Assembly (NCBI GenBank): GCA_964247055.1
Contig: OZ176050.1
Coordinates: forward strand, 14,012,001-14,076,000
Length of the DNA stretch: 64,000 bases
Reading direction: 5' to 3'
Source: Paragordius varius
Lineage: Eukaryota; Animalia; Nematomorpha
In this document: piece after piece, positions 26,935-40,500 of the stretch
Layout of the letters: each line of letters begins with the position of its first letter
Position numbering within the stretch: position 1 is the first letter of the stretch
Made by a program: the position numbers and the translations under genes
Notes under the pieces: model-generated
The model's database searches: none
What the model was told of the DNA's origin: nothing
The model's input: only the letters and a program-made list of their open reading frames with translations

Positions 26935-27996
26935 CAGTGGAGAAACTACGGGGAGCCAGAGGGAAGAATAAAGAGATTTATTATTGATTAAAAAAATGAA
27001 AAGGCGAAAAAATGCATTTTTTTCACTATCTCAATAAGCGGTTTTATTATAAATTGATGATTAATAACTTATAAATTCTCTCTAGTTAACACTTTAAAAG
27101 GGTTAAAAAATTAATAATGAGTAAAGCTAGTTGACACCAAAAATTAAGTGAAGCCTATAAATCTTCAAGTCCTAAATTATTTTGTTATTAAAAACTATAG
27201 TATTATAGTTTGATGGGAACTCACAAAATTTAGACAGATGTAATTTTTTTGCTTCTGTTAAATTAAGAATTACAAATAAATTCTCATTTGCAATAATATA
27301 TTCATATAGCGTAAAAATATATTTTGGTAATTTAGTGTGAAGACAATTTCATGAAGAAATAAGTTCATGTCAAAAAGTATTTGCTTAAGGAAGAGATCGC
27401 ACAAATTAAGAATACCAGACAATTCGCAGAGCTATTAATTATTAAGTACCCTTTTCAGCTAGTTGTGATGAAGTTATAACAGCATTATTATTGTTTGTGA
27501 CTTTACCAGTTACGGTTGCTACAGCGGAAACGTTCATTCTCAAAGTTAAAAATAATTAAAAATTATAATAGAAGCACGATGACTGAAAAAAGGTTGAGCA
27601 ATGTATCGTTACAGCAATTGGAGCGGAGATGGCGGATCAAATGGATAAAAAGATATAATAATTAGAAAATTTGCTCACGCAATATCGAAAAAACGAAATT
27701 TTAAAATTTTTACATGCTCTTTATAAGTTATTTAATTATTTTAAACTTAAAAAAATAACGTTAAGATTAAATTGATGGTGGTTAGGCGGCACTAACTATC
27801 ATATATAAAAATACCAGAAACGCAAAACTTTTAGACTCAGTATGAGTCATGTAAATATTTATATTTTTAAATATTTATTTATGAGTCTAAGTGTTGCGCC
27901 AGAAGAAATGATAAATGCAAACGATTTTTTGGGGGGAAGGAGGGGGAGAGTATTTAAATCTTTCGGTAGGGCCCACAATTTATAGTTCCGCCACTG
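26935..27996 (+). mobile_element. Internally deleted hAT transposon
   Basis: Ends CAGTGGAGAAACTA and TAGTTCCGCCACTG; perfect 8-bp TSD CCTTCAAG (26927-26934 and 27997-28004); transposase remnant inside. Confidence 0.93.
27373..27690 (+). pseudogene. hAT transposase C-terminal dimerisation domain remnant
   Basis: ...CDEVITALLLFVTLPVTVATAE(frameshift)RSFSKLKIIKNYNRSTMTEKRLSNVSL matches the hATC motif P.T.A..ERSFS.LK.IK...RSTM...RL. Confidence 0.9.
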
Positions 27997-28797
27997 CCTT
28001 CAAGTATAATATATGAAATCTTAATGTAAAATATTTTTCCCAATTTAGTTATCATATTATCAACTCAGTTCAGTAACTGATAGGAGGTACATAGATATAT
28101 AATATATAATAAATTGATGAATATGTTTGGCTATTAAATATTTTATACCATTGTTTTTAGACAAACAAATTTACGATATATACACAGTGCACCAAATATC
28201 CTGATCTATTATTTCTAGCAGTAAAAAATATCAGGGATTTCATGGTGCTTTTGGTTTTAGGGCTTAAGTAATTTAAGATGTTTCCACTTTATAGTTGCTA
28301 CAAATCAAAAAAACGCAAATTTAAGGAGCATTCAATAATTTCTTATAGCTAAATGCTTCAGGCCAAAAAATATTATATATATTTCATTTACTATATATAT
28401 ACAAAAATATATGTTTAATTTTTAGATGTGGTTCCGAAAGAGTGGCATTCAAAAACTCTTTGAAATGGGCAAATTTTCACAAAACATAAACAACCCAGAT
28501 TGTGCGTTACAATTAAACATATGGAAGATTATCACATCAAATTATTTTAAACTACGTATACTTTGCTTAAACTTTCATGACCTTTGGTTTAATATTCCAT
28601 TAGGCCAAATAAATATATAATGGTAAAACTCATATCATACTTTTTCGCCGCCATTTTTTTCCATTTTTTTGAATCGCCAATACAATAGTGAAATTAATGT
28701 ATACTATGTGTGTAAATCAACTTTTAGCTTTTATGATTGATTTTAAAATCATCTGTTTAGTTCAATCATGTTTTAAAGCTGTCCCAATTTACTCTAT

Positions 28798-29823
28798 GGG
28801 TCGGGTGATAAAAAATTTTTTTGACTTAACTTGCAAGTAATTCAAGTCATGGCTTGCTTTCATGCGATAAAAAAAATTTAACATTACACGACTTAAGTCA
28901 AGCAAGAAAACTTGATAAGGTGATATAAAATCATATGATCAAGTAAAACTTAAAGATTTTGTAAGTGTGGTGTAGGGCACACTTGACAGATTTAAAAATA
29001 TGGATAAAATTATTTTGGAAACTATTTATGTATAAAATTTAGATTTTATATGTAATTAAAACCTTTGTTAATGCTACAAGTTGTTGAATTGATAAATTTT
29101 GGCTAATTAACCTATTCATTGGGTGGATACAAAAGGGGATAAATTTATAGAAAAATTCTCCTAATATTTAAGAACATGGCATATAAAAATATGCTAAATA
29201 TAAAAATTCCGTGGACGCAAAAAAATTTGATTCTCGAAAATTTCTTAAAATTTATAATTAAATAGTAATCTTGTTTAATTTCAATCTTCATTTATTAAAC
29301 GCTATAGCATATCTCACTATAAACTAATGTAAAGAATTATTTTCATCATAAATTTATTTTGGTAAGGTTGATAATCAATTAAAAATAATATGTTTTATTA
29401 TATTAAATATCCTCCAATTATATTTGCAAATAAACTCCAAACAAAATGAGTAGTGTGGTAAAATAATGGAAAGTGCTTTAAGGGCGAATGGTTTCATCAA
29501 TCAAAAAATTATTACCAGGCTCAATATTTAAAAAACTCTATAATATTAAAAAAATACATGCCAGTGAGTTTGAAAAACTTCAATAAATACATATTACATT
29601 AATAGTTTATCTTTTTGTACCTTATTCCATAAATTTTGGCTGAAAATGATCAAAATAATTTGCGTAAATGTGAATTGGGTGGCAAAAAATGTTACATTCA
29701 TAAGCAAAAGACTTAATTTAAGTATTTTTTATCACCGATCTTCAAGTGTACACTTTCTGGCTTAAGTAAACTTGCTCACCTTGCCACGCTTGGCTTACAA
29801 GTGATTTTTTTATCACCCCACCC
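28798..29823. mobile_element. About 1-kb MITE with GGG-terminated TIRs (PIF/Harbinger- or Zator-like), copy 1
   Basis: Ends GGGTCGGGTGATAAAAAA and TTTTTTATCACCCCACCC; body is the reverse complement of 30835-31841; TSD not preserved. Confidence 0.75.
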
Positions 29824-30406
29824 TTAGATTTGAATGGGTGTACCGGTTTCCGGAAACATCTCACAAAGTCACATGACGAATCGGTTTTTAGCGGGTAGCT
29901 CCTTACCCAGAAGCTATCATCACAGAAACGTTTGACCAAAATTTTGCCTTTTAACAGGGAATACGTGGAATCCATATTGAATTTTTACGGTCTCATACCT
30001 AGGGCGAAAATAGATTTAAAAAATTATTTTTGTGGACTTTGTTTTTTAAAAAAAATGGCATTTTACGGGGGTAGCGGATAAAAAGAGGGCCTAAATCAAA
30101 AAAGTGACTCGACTATGTTTGGCGCAATCAAAAATAAGTAAACAAAAATCATATTTAAAATTGATAGGTCCAACACATTCTCCGGAAAATTGTCTCAAAG
30201 ATACGATTTTTGTGGACTTGTTTTCAAAAAAACCCCTTTTTCACACGGGATGGGCCCGAACTGGGGACCTAATTCAAAAAAAGGACGAAGCTATTGTCGG
30301 GGCATTCATTAATGATTATATTTTCTCGATATTTGGATTTATGGATTTACCGGTTTTCCGGTACCAGATCATAAAGCCAGGATTTACCATTTTTATAAAT
30401 ATATAA
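29824..30406 (-). mobile_element. Diverged truncated relative of the 19195-21679 Helitron subrepeat
   Basis: Same motifs (GATTTGAATGGG, GCGGGTAGCTCCTTACCCAG, CCATTTTTATAAATATATA); the CTAG end is absent and the left end abuts the MITE. Confidence 0.8.
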
Positions 30407-30434
30407 CTAACTTTTAAAACAGTGGTTTATTCAC

Positions 30435-30632
30435 TGATATGTAGTTGATATTAAAACATTGCATAATTTTATTTTTATGTCTCATCATCATATTATTATA
30501 TTAATCGCGTTTGGCGTTTATGTTTGTGCGTCATTATTCGTGGAATCATATAAATATTCGTAGAATATAAGACATATTCTTACAATTGTGACGCACATGC
30601 ATGTTATTTGTAATTCGACAATTTATATTTCA
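30435..30632 (+). repeat. 5' LTR of Gypsy A
   Basis: TGATATGTAG...ATATTTCA; direct repeat of 35189-35382; followed by the PBS. Confidence 0.92.
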
Positions 30633-30645
30633 TTTGGCGACGAGT

Positions 30646-33600
30646 ATGGAGAAAATTCAATTGAGATACGATGACACTTATAATTTTGCCACCTACATCT
30701 GATATGTCAAAAGGGTTATGATCTCCAAAAATGTTGATGCTAATGATGATAATATCAAAGTACTGTTTTTGGCTTGAGCTGATCTTAAAACAAATGATTT
30801 TTCCAGAATCAATTGATGGTGCTCCTTGGTCCATGGATGGGGTAATAAAAAAGTCGCACTTGACTTGTAAGCCAAGAGTGGTAAGTTGAGCAAAATTACT
30901 TAAGCCAGCAAATGTACACAAGATCGGTGATAAAAAAACACTTAAGTCCTTTTGCTTATAAATGTAACATTTTTTGCCACCCAATTCGAATTTTACGTAA
31001 ATTATTTTGATCATTTTCAAACAAAATTTATGAAATAAGGCACAAAAAGATTCAATTACAATATGCATTTATTGATGTTTTTCAAACTCACAGGCAAGTA
31101 TCCTATTTTATATTATAGAATTTTTTTAAATATTGAGCCTGGTAATAATTTTTAAATTGTTGAAATCCTTCGCCCTTAAAACACTTTCCATTTTATCACA
31201 GTGCATTTTGTTTAGAGTCCATTTGCAAATATAATAGGAAGATGTTTATACAATATAACATAATTATTTTTAATTGATTATAAACATTACATTTGAAATA
31301 AATTTATGATGAAATAAATTCTTTACATTGGTTAATAGTGGAGTAACCTTTTACTTTTAATAAACGTAGATTTAAAATTTTAGAAGTAATAATTATTAAT
31401 TTTAAGAAATTTTCGAATCCATTTTTTTGCGGTCACCGAATCGATATATTTAGCATATTTTTATATGCCATGTTATTAAATATTAGCAGAGTTTTTCTAT
31501 AAATTTATCCTCTTTTGTATCCACCCAAGGAATAGATTAATTAGCCAGAATTTATCAAATTCTCAATTTATAGCATTAACAAAGGTTTGAATTACATATA
31601 AAACCTAAATTTTATACATAAATAGTTCCCAAAATAATTTTATACATATTTTTAAATCTGTCAAGTGTGCCCTAAACCACACCTGCAAAATCTTTAATTA
31701 CTTGATCATATGATTTCTTATGACCTCCTTAAGTTTTCCCGCTTGACTAAGTCATGTAATGTTAATTTTTTTATCACATGAAAGCAAGTCATGACTTTAA
31801 AAACTTAAGTCAAGTCAAAAAAATTTTTTATCACCCGACCCCATAATTCATGACATTGGTCTTAAACTTTTCTCACCGACCAAATCTGTCTTCGCTACAA
31901 GGTATGAGTTTGCTCGTTTGCGGAGAAATGATGGAGAAACAACGGAATTTTCGCAAAGAGTTAAGAGTGTTTGCTGAATAGGCTGAATTTCAAACAGTGG
32001 TGGAGGAGAGAATTAGAGATAGTTCCATGGCTGGATTAAACTTGCAATCATTGAAGTGGATCTTAATTCACGATTCCCTGATGCGAAGTGTGATGAAAAG
32101 GCGGTGTCATTAACCACCATTGTCGACATGGCCTTGGCCCAGGAACTTGCAAGGGCCGATATTGCCTCCCATGTGTCGTCAAGCAGTATCCTCAAAATTC
32201 AAAAGAATCGGTCGAATGATAATAATTATAATAGTAATAATATGGAATATAAAAAATGATGGCAATAATACTAAATGGAAGCGGAGATGTGGCAAATGTG
32301 GTAAATCGCATACACCAAAACAATGTTTCGCGTTCGGAAAAATATGCCACAATTGTAATAAAAAAATCATTTTCAGGCAATGTGTCGCCATAAAAAACGA
32401 TATAGTGATAATATTAACGCTAATTATAATAAATGGGGCACACAAGCGAACATTTGCGCTACGATTATTGGCCAAGCTGTCAGTATGGTTTTTGATACTG
32501 GAGCTGCTGATTCTCTGATTAATAAAAATGTCTGGAAGACGGTGGGAGCACCTTACTAAAAAGTGCTCCCAGATTAACTTCCTAAGGAAACAACCCAATC
32601 AAACTCTTGGGAAAAATAGTCGTGAATGTAACAATGGGAAACATTACGAAGAAATTAGAATGTTTTGTGACGGAAGAAGAGATATACGATATTTGGGCTG
32701 CCTTGGATCATTGTGGCGACCTTACCGGATAACGTGAAAGTTAATCAAATAACATCTAATAATATGGTCATGATGATGTATCCAAGCGATTTTCAAAACT
32801 CTTTAACGGGGAATTGGGTTGTTACAACGGTGATCCTGTTAAATTGTATGTTCGATCAGATGCAATACCAAACGTGGCTGCACGGGGAATTCCATTGGCA
32901 CTACCGAGTAAAGTAGAGATGGAAATGCAGAGACTGATGGACCTGGGGATAGTTGGTCCTGTTGATCCTACACAACACCATGTGGGATGGGCGGCTCCTA
33001 CGGTTAACGTCGTAAAAACTAAGGGGGGAATTAGGGTGTGCGCTGATATACGGGTAACAATTGATTCTTTAATGGAGAACATATCCCAGATTATCCCGAC
33101 ATTTGACATAATCGCGTCCAAATGGCGGGATCTAGATGGTTCTCGTCCATTGATTTAAAGGACGCATACCTTCAAATTCCGGTGGATGTGGAGAGTAAAA
33201 AAATGTTTGGTTATTACTAGTCCAATGAGATATTTCCAATTTAATCGCCTACCATTTGAATCGAAGGTTTCTCCCATGCTTTTCCAGAGAATAATGGATG
33301 AGGTACTCAAAGATTGCAGGAGCACAATGGCTTATCTCGACGATGTTTTAGTTGTTGGTAAAACGAAAGATGAACATGTTAAAAATCTTAACGAGATCCT
33401 TACAAGGTTACTAAAATTCGGTTTTACGTTAAGGAAAGATAAACTGAAACTTTATAAGAATAATATTAAATTCAAGGAATTTGTCCTGTACAAGATAAAA
33501 TTGACGCCATTACGAATTGTGCGACATCTATCAATAAAACTGAGGTAAGATCATTTTTGGGATTGCTCAATTTTTATGAACGTTTTATTCCAGGCTTACA

Positions 33601-35170
33601 TGTCAAATTTAGTAATCTACATGCACTAACAGGATCCAAAAAGGAATGGAGATGGTCACAACAACATCAAAATGAATTTAAGCAAGCAAAAAACTTAATA
33701 TCAAAAGAATTTTTACTGGCCACTTATAACGTAAATATAAAACAACAATAATACAAGTGGATGCGTCTACAAAAGGCTTTGGAGCTGTACTTCTGCAAAT
33801 GGAGAATAAGAGAATGGTACCAATTGCATTCGCGTCATGAAAATACCAGAATGCAGATAAAAAATTTTCTGTGATTGAATTGAAAACTAAGTCTTTGCTA
33901 TTTGGGTTAGAAAAATTCCATTATTATATTTATGGCCAGAAATGTGAGGTCTGGTCAGATCATAAGCCGTTAGTTCATTTATTCGGAAAATTGGAAGTTA
34001 AGTGATATTAAAAACTGTAAATTGTTAAGATGGATCTACAAGGCCGCCGCGTATGATTTTGATATCGACAAACATGGCCGATGTGTTTTCAAGACTTCCC
34101 GAAAAGAGTCAGACACCATTAGCCAATGATTGTGGCCGAAAAAATCCGAAAAATCACATTCGTGGATTTAAATTTAAATATAACCCAAATAAAAAAAGAT
34201 TGTTTGGAGAATAAACTGTTAAACGATCACGTATGGCACTTAAAAATAACGATTGGTCAACACCGGAATTATCCGCATTCAAAGCCGTGGGGGATAGTTA
34301 CTATGAAAAAACAGCCAGGTCGTTGGTGTTTTGGCCCGGAATGGATAAAAGAACATTGAAAAGTTAGTACACGACTGTTAGTGTTGTCAGAGGAAGAGGG
34401 CGAACATTGCTGAGAATCCGGTATATAAATGGAACTTCAATGTGGGAATATGGGAAAACTCCATGTAAACATCGCGGGTCCTATGTGTGGTAAATATTGA
34501 TTGGTTTAATTGACGCGTTCTCAAGATGGATGGAGGTGGAGATACTTAGCAGTATTACATCTGATGTGATTTTGAAACAATTGGAGATATGGTTTCCCTC
34601 TTATGGTTTTCCAAGAATGTTAGAAACTGATAATGCTACTTAATTCAAATCGTTCAATTCTCGGGAAACGATGACAAACTGGAACATTAATCATGTGACG
34701 TTCCTATCACTTAAGGACAAATGGTTTGGTGGAAAGTGTGATTTGCACGTTGATATCAAGATTTCGATCTACGATGAGGACTGGCGTGAAGAGTCAATAG
34801 GCTTTAAATAATGTATTATTGGCCTATCGAAACTCATGGCATAATAAATAAAGACGACTCCCGCATCGTTGTTTTTGAAGAGGAACATCAACACACCGTT
34901 GAATTGGTTGCAAGATAAGGAAGCGCCTAAAGAAAATACACCACCGAGACCGTTAAGAGAATTTACACCTTCACAACCAAATTAATAAAGAATGAGATCT
35001 AAAGGATGGCGACGGGTACGGTTGAAGTAAGAACGGGGCCTTTATCGTACGAAGTAAGTGATCAAGAAGGGAAACAGATGAGGAAACATACGGATTAACT
35101 CTTAGGTCTGATGGTGGGAGACTGAGGTTCCCAGGCGTCTAGATCGAGTCCGAAAACCTCCTAAGCGTTT
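30646..35170 (+). pseudogene. Gypsy A gag-pol, fragmented by stops, frameshifts and a MITE insertion
   Basis: Zinc knuckles CGKCGKSH...CHNC, protease VFDTGA (about 32490), RT WAAPTV...IRVCAD and YLDD, RNase H GLLNFYERFIP and DAS, integrase remnants at about 34300-34900. Confidence 0.9.
30835..31841. mobile_element. About 1-kb MITE with GGG-terminated TIRs, copy 2, inserted in Gypsy A gag
   Basis: Ends GGATGGGGTAATAAAAAA and TTTTTTATCACCCGACCC; 3-bp TSD CAT (30832-30834 and 31842-31844); gag-like sequence resumes after it. Confidence 0.85.
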
Positions 35171-35188
35171 TTTAATGGAGGAAGAGAA

Positions 35189-35382
35189 TGATATGTAGTT
35201 GATATTACAACATTGCATCATTGTATTTTTATCTTCCATCATATTATTATTATATTAATCGCGTTTGGCGTTTATGTTCGTGCGTCATTATTCGTGGAAT
35301 TATCATATAAATATTCGTAATAAAAGACATATTCTTACAATTGTGACGCATTATTATTTGTAATTCGACAATTTATATCTCA
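35189..35382 (+). repeat. 3' LTR of Gypsy A
   Basis: TGATATGTAG...ATATCTCA; preceded by the PPT, followed by TSD TTCAC. Confidence 0.92.
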
Positions 35383-35849
35383 TTCACATAATTGAGCTCT
35401 GAAAAATAATCCAAATATTATAAAGCAAAATATAATTTATGAGATTTAAGTTCATAGTCTTCAAAAGTCACAAATTATTATTTTTTTAATATGGGCTAGT
35501 TTTAAATAAACGCAAAAATCTCGGGGTTGCACAGTTATAATATGGGTTAGATTACCATAAAAATTTTTTATAAAAAAATGCATACTTTGCTGTCAAATTT
35601 AAATTTTAATGTGGAGTTTCTCATAGTATATCGAACGGCAATATTGTAAAAAATTCTACATAATTCGATAACGGTGAATTTCTACCATTTCGTATTTTTT
35701 TAAAAAATTTGGTTATTTTCAAGCATAAACTAAAAATATTTGTTTTTCACCATAATATACATTTAAAAACTATATTAAAATTTAAAGTATTATTAAGTTT
35801 TATAAAAAAATATACAGTTAACTTTTTTGTCTTTTTTAAAGGGTGAGGA

Positions 35850-35997
35850 TTTAAATTGTATCCGGACATGTGAAGGCTTTAACACTTGCCTGCCCAGGCT
35901 GACAGTGAAGATGAAAAAATTGCTTAGTTTAGAAGTTCGAACTCTCGGACTGCAGTGTATAAGTCCGGCGCCCCACCTAGTATAACATCACGCCTCC
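35850..35997 (-). mobile_element. Possible tRNA-derived SINE fragment
   Basis: GC-rich island; minus strand reads GGCGTGATGTTATACTAGGTGGGGCGCCGGAC...GTCCGAGAGTTCGAAC, with A-box-like and B-box-like (GTTCGAA) motifs; single copy in this window. Confidence 0.35.
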
Positions 35998-36051
35998 ATG
36001 TTTATACCACAGTTAAAAATTTAGCTTAATTTGAGAGAAAGGCTATTTTTG

Positions 36052-36339
36052 AACCATTTACGATTCAAATTTACCCTTGAACAATTCAAATTCCCCCTAA
36101 AAATAAATTATAAAATTTCGGTTAAAATTAAATATATTTTTATGACAAAATTAATTATTTTTTCAGTATTATTTTAATTATATACAAATTTTTTTATAAA
36201 AAAAATAAAAAAAATATACGTAATTTTTAATCTTAAAAAACACATAATTTGTTTTGGCAAATTTGAATTGCTCGAAGGTGTTGAATTGTTCAAGGGTGAA
36301 TTTGAATTGTTTAAGGGTGAATTTGAACTGTAAATGGTA
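36052..36339. mobile_element. TACCATTT-family MITE, short type A
   Basis: Degenerate left end AACCATTTACGATTCAAATTT; right end AATTTGAACTGTAAATGGTA followed by TA; 21-bp repeats GGGTGAATTTGAATTGTTCAA; paralog at 62957-63242. Confidence 0.75.
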
Positions 36340-37337
36340 TATTATAATGTTGCTATATAATTATCAAACATTCATCCCCTGCATTGGATTATATCTTTTA
36401 CAGTTTTTGACATAAAGAGTCCCGTATAGCTAATTAGAATAATATAACCAGCTAATTTTAAAATCAATTACACCTTTGGTCAGCTATGATACACATGTAT
36501 TTGAATGTTGGACTAGCGATTTAGAGAAATTCAAAAATAAAAAATGGCGACGAAATTTGAGATGAGGATATATTCTGTTGTACCTCCTATGTGTACATGC
36601 TATCAGAATTTATCCATCAAAAAAGTTTTTCTTCCCCATTTAAAGAGTCAAATGAAAGCTAAATTTCACGGAGTGCCCGTTTAAAAGTTTCGAATAATAT
36701 CATCTGAAAGTTGGCTTGGGCTATCCAATAACCCCTTGAAATTAAAATGCTAAGAATAATTTATAAAACGATTTATATTTATTATGCGTTCTTATTGGTA
36801 AACTCATTTAAGTATATTTGATAAATACCATTTTTAAGCGGATCTGCATTGAAAATATGTGAAAAGATAATATAAAATTAGTAATGATATTATAAATAAA
36901 ATACATATAAATTTAGCATATTAAGCAGGTCAAAGTGTTTAAGATTGATTGTTTTTGACTAGTCATTAACTTTTGATAAATGGGATTTATTTGAGGAACC
37001 CGACGAACTGTTAAATATATGGTGTCTTCTATTATGAAGTTTCATTATGTGTTGATCCGAAAGCGATAATTTTTGCACTTTTCCTAAAGCATTTATCGTA
37101 TAAATTATAATTATAAGGACAAAACATATTGCAAATATTTTTATAAGATAATCAATCGCGATTTAGTAAAAATTAAATTCAATATGAATAAAACCCTGAT
37201 CATTTGGTGAAACATATGATTAAATTGCATGAATAATTTATAATCTTAAGTTGTTTTACAGCTATTATCTTTTGGTTGAAGAAAATAAAATTAATTTTTA
37301 ACAAAAATGTTCTGCCTCACAATAAAATAATTAAATG

Positions 37338-37535
37338 CTAACCTTCAATTTCATCACTATAGTTTTGAGATGAAGGTGATAATGAATATGGATATTCCAT
37401 GGAAGAGCTTGTTGACGAAAAGGCATTTTGTTGCAAACTATTTGACATCCTAGCGTTTCTATTGTTAAGGTGATGATATGGATTCGGGAGTTTGGGTTTA
37501 TGTTCGAGTGTTTTGCGGAAATTTTCTTCCATTCG
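37338..37535 (-). CDS. exp/reb-like gene, exon 9
   Basis: Acceptor AAACAG, RMEENFRKTLEH...DEIEG-stop; a GTTAGC donor at 37342 could alternatively lead to another exon. Confidence 0.7.
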   Translation of the reverse strand, partial: RMEENFRKTLEHKPKLPNPYHHLNNRNARMSNSLQQNAFSSTSSSMEYPYSLSPSSQNYSDEIEG

Positions 37536-40500
37536 CTGTTTTTTTTAATAAATATATAGAGATCACAAAAATAATGATTTTTACAAAAACTTTATAGTAT
37601 TCCTACCTCATCTATCGATCCCCCATACCTATGGGAGATATGATCGGAATAATGCATATTCATTCGATTTTGAGACTGGAGTTGCTTTTGCATAAGCATG
37701 GCATTGGAGATTCGTTGTTTTCTGGCATTTTGCCGAAGTATGCGTTCATTACTGTACATCTCCTCTAAGACCTTTGAGTCAGAAGCTATACCGCTTCGCA
37801 AGGATGAACCCTCCAAACTACTCTCAAACGAGGTTTGTGATTGACCATTGCCCGATCTTATCAAATCACAACTTTGACGCGAGTTACTTTTATCGGATCC
37901 TATTATCCATTTCCCATTTTTTCGCGTAATCATTGGTTTTGGATTTAAGGCATTATTTTTGCAATTAGTATTATTTCCATATCGTGTATTGCTGATGTGG
38001 GAATTCATATTTTGCATCTTCAGAGGATGTAATTGATCAGTATGATCTATTAAATAATTATTGTTATGATCATTTTTGTAATCAATAGAGTATCTGTCTC
38101 TTCCAGCGAATGACGAAACATTGTTGGAAGGTCTGTTTCCTGGTGATGAAAACATTGAAGAAGTACAAGAAGAAAAGGATGAATGTTGCACTGCTGAAAT
38201 TTTATTCAATGGTCGTCGGGTGGTATTCTCAATGTTGTTTCGTTTTAAAGGCGCATAAATTTCCTCATTAGTGTTTCCATACATTAATCGAGAGTAGGGT
38301 TTATCTTTTTTACAGTTTTCCCTTTTGGTCGTTGTATACAACATAAACTCTGAAGAGGTACTATTAAAACTTCCCAAATTCCCAGGTAGGCCCTTATTCT
38401 CAAACTCATCCTCTTCCAGCCCATCGGTAAGTCGATGTCTCGAAGAAAAGTCAGTTGAACACGTGGGGGATGTTAAACAATTTGGTTGTAAATCACCGTC
38501 GTATTGACCACTATCTTCAACATCCGCTACTTGTCCATGATAAGAATGTATTTTATTTTGCCCCCTTGCCATTCCGCCATTTATCATATTATTACGGATA
38601 TTTGGTCGGAAAATTTTGTGTTTGTTATTCGAGTAATTTAGGGGTATTGCCAATGTATTTTGATGTTGTTGTATAATACCATCGTTTGCATTAAGGGGGA
38701 GATCATAGGGGACGGGCAGCAAATTCTCTTCGATTTCTTGTTCATACATATTGTCCCATTCATCAAATTCATCATTAGGATTATTTGGCAAATCTCCCCC
38801 ATCAAAATCATCATAATTTGGATTACCGTTATAACCGTTGTCCATCTGGATAAATTCGTTACTCTTTCCATTTTTTAGATCATTACCTATGAACAAACAT
38901 GCTTATTACGCATTTTATGCGGATGAAATAGAAAATACAAAGTTTAGTACGCTTACACAGCTCTATTTTATTATATCTTAAACACCGCGATATTACTATT
39001 TAATTCTTGACCCAAAATATCTAATAAGTTAGGTTTTTTGAATTAAGCAGTTAAACATCTGTTTAATATGGTTATTATTTAAAGGGGTTACTGTCATGAT
39101 CATAAATGCATCTATAACTATTCCTTATCTACTTTAGTTTTATATCTGTTTATTAGCCATCATATTGCTAAAGAAGCCTCCTTTTATTTAAGAGCAATTT
39201 TACTTAGTTTTTAGAAAGAATATATGAATTAATTAATATATCACAAAATAAAGCTACAAATATTTCAAATTTATACTCTGTAAATACAAATATTTTTATT
39301 TTTTAGTTAAAAGTTTATTAATCAATTATTTTGGTTTGTTAGTTAAGCCCAGGAATTTTTCCGTCGTTTATATTTGTTACCAAATATGTGATGAAAATTA
39401 CTATTAGGGTTGGGATAATATTCATCAGGGTGACCAGTATTATAAGCTTGCCCATCATCGTATATGCTATTATAATCGTAATTAAACGAGGAATCATGTG
39501 GATCAAGCCCTTCATCTTCCATAATAATTGCACTAAACTGTGTTGGATCCATTCTTTGCCCGTTACTATTGATTACTAATGGGTTTACAGTAAAAATTGA
39601 TATTATAGTCGGACAAAAGGTAAAAATAATAGAACAAATCACTTTAACAATATGCCACTCTATTTTTTAAAACTTTTATTAGTAAGTCATTGGTTAAAAC
39701 TGCAAAACATATATATTGGTAACACATTATGTTTACAATATTATAATATGGGAAAATTAAGGTTTTAAAAAGTATGGATGTGTTTTGAAAAAAATATTTG
39801 TCTTAACATTTTGATGTTTTGTTAATATTTCAATACTGTAAAATAAACATAAACTTAAAATTTTGATGACTCATTTTTTTAAATATAAAAAAATGAATAA
39901 AAAACGGAAAGAACCATTTAAATCTCTAAGGATGTCAAGAGCCGCAATATTTATCAACATTATCCAACATGGCGTTTTCAAAGCTTGGTTATGATCTTCT
40001 ACAAATGCAATGGATACCACACACATCATTTGAAGGTAATCTATCATGGATGGTTGGGAAGAAAAAGATGCGACTTTTTCCTTAAATATCTTCATATCGA
40101 ATATCTACAAAATTTTTGGTTCAAATATTTAGAACTTGATTATCATTCGCCTAATTTAATTGTGCAGATATTTTTCAGTGACTAATGTAAAAATTTAATT
40201 AATATTTTTGACACCGAAGAGAGTTTTAATTTTAAACAGATTGATTGTAAGAGTTTTTAATGAATAAGTTTACTTTCATAGGTGTATTGTATTGAATATA
40301 TCCATTGTGGTATACAAGGTCATTGCTCATGCAATGGAGTAGAGGTTTATGCGAATTCCTTACAATTATATCACAATTGCGATCTATACATTTTGCTATT
40401 ATACTACCATCCTTATCCAGTTTAATTTTGAGTCCCTAAAATGTTAAATGTTATATTTTTAACAACATTGATAGTTTATTATAGCTTAATTAGCACCTTT

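Larger units (their letters stand above)
30435..35382 (+). mobile_element. Ty3/Gypsy LTR retrotransposon A (degenerate, full length)
   Basis: LTRs 30435-30632 and 35189-35382 (TG...CA); perfect 5-bp TSD TTCAC; PBS-like TGGCGACGAG at 30635; PPT GGAGGAAGAGAA at 35177-35188; gag-PR-RT-RH-IN order. Confidence 0.95.

Noticed and set aside
30604-31068. 154-aa minus-strand ORF
   Set aside because: Spans a MITE end, antisense gag and the LTR; a chimeric chance frame.
28798-31841. A single 3-kb transposon with 1-kb TIRs
   Set aside because: Each arm has its own TIRs, and the right arm has its own CAT TSD within Gypsy gag, so these are two independent insertions.
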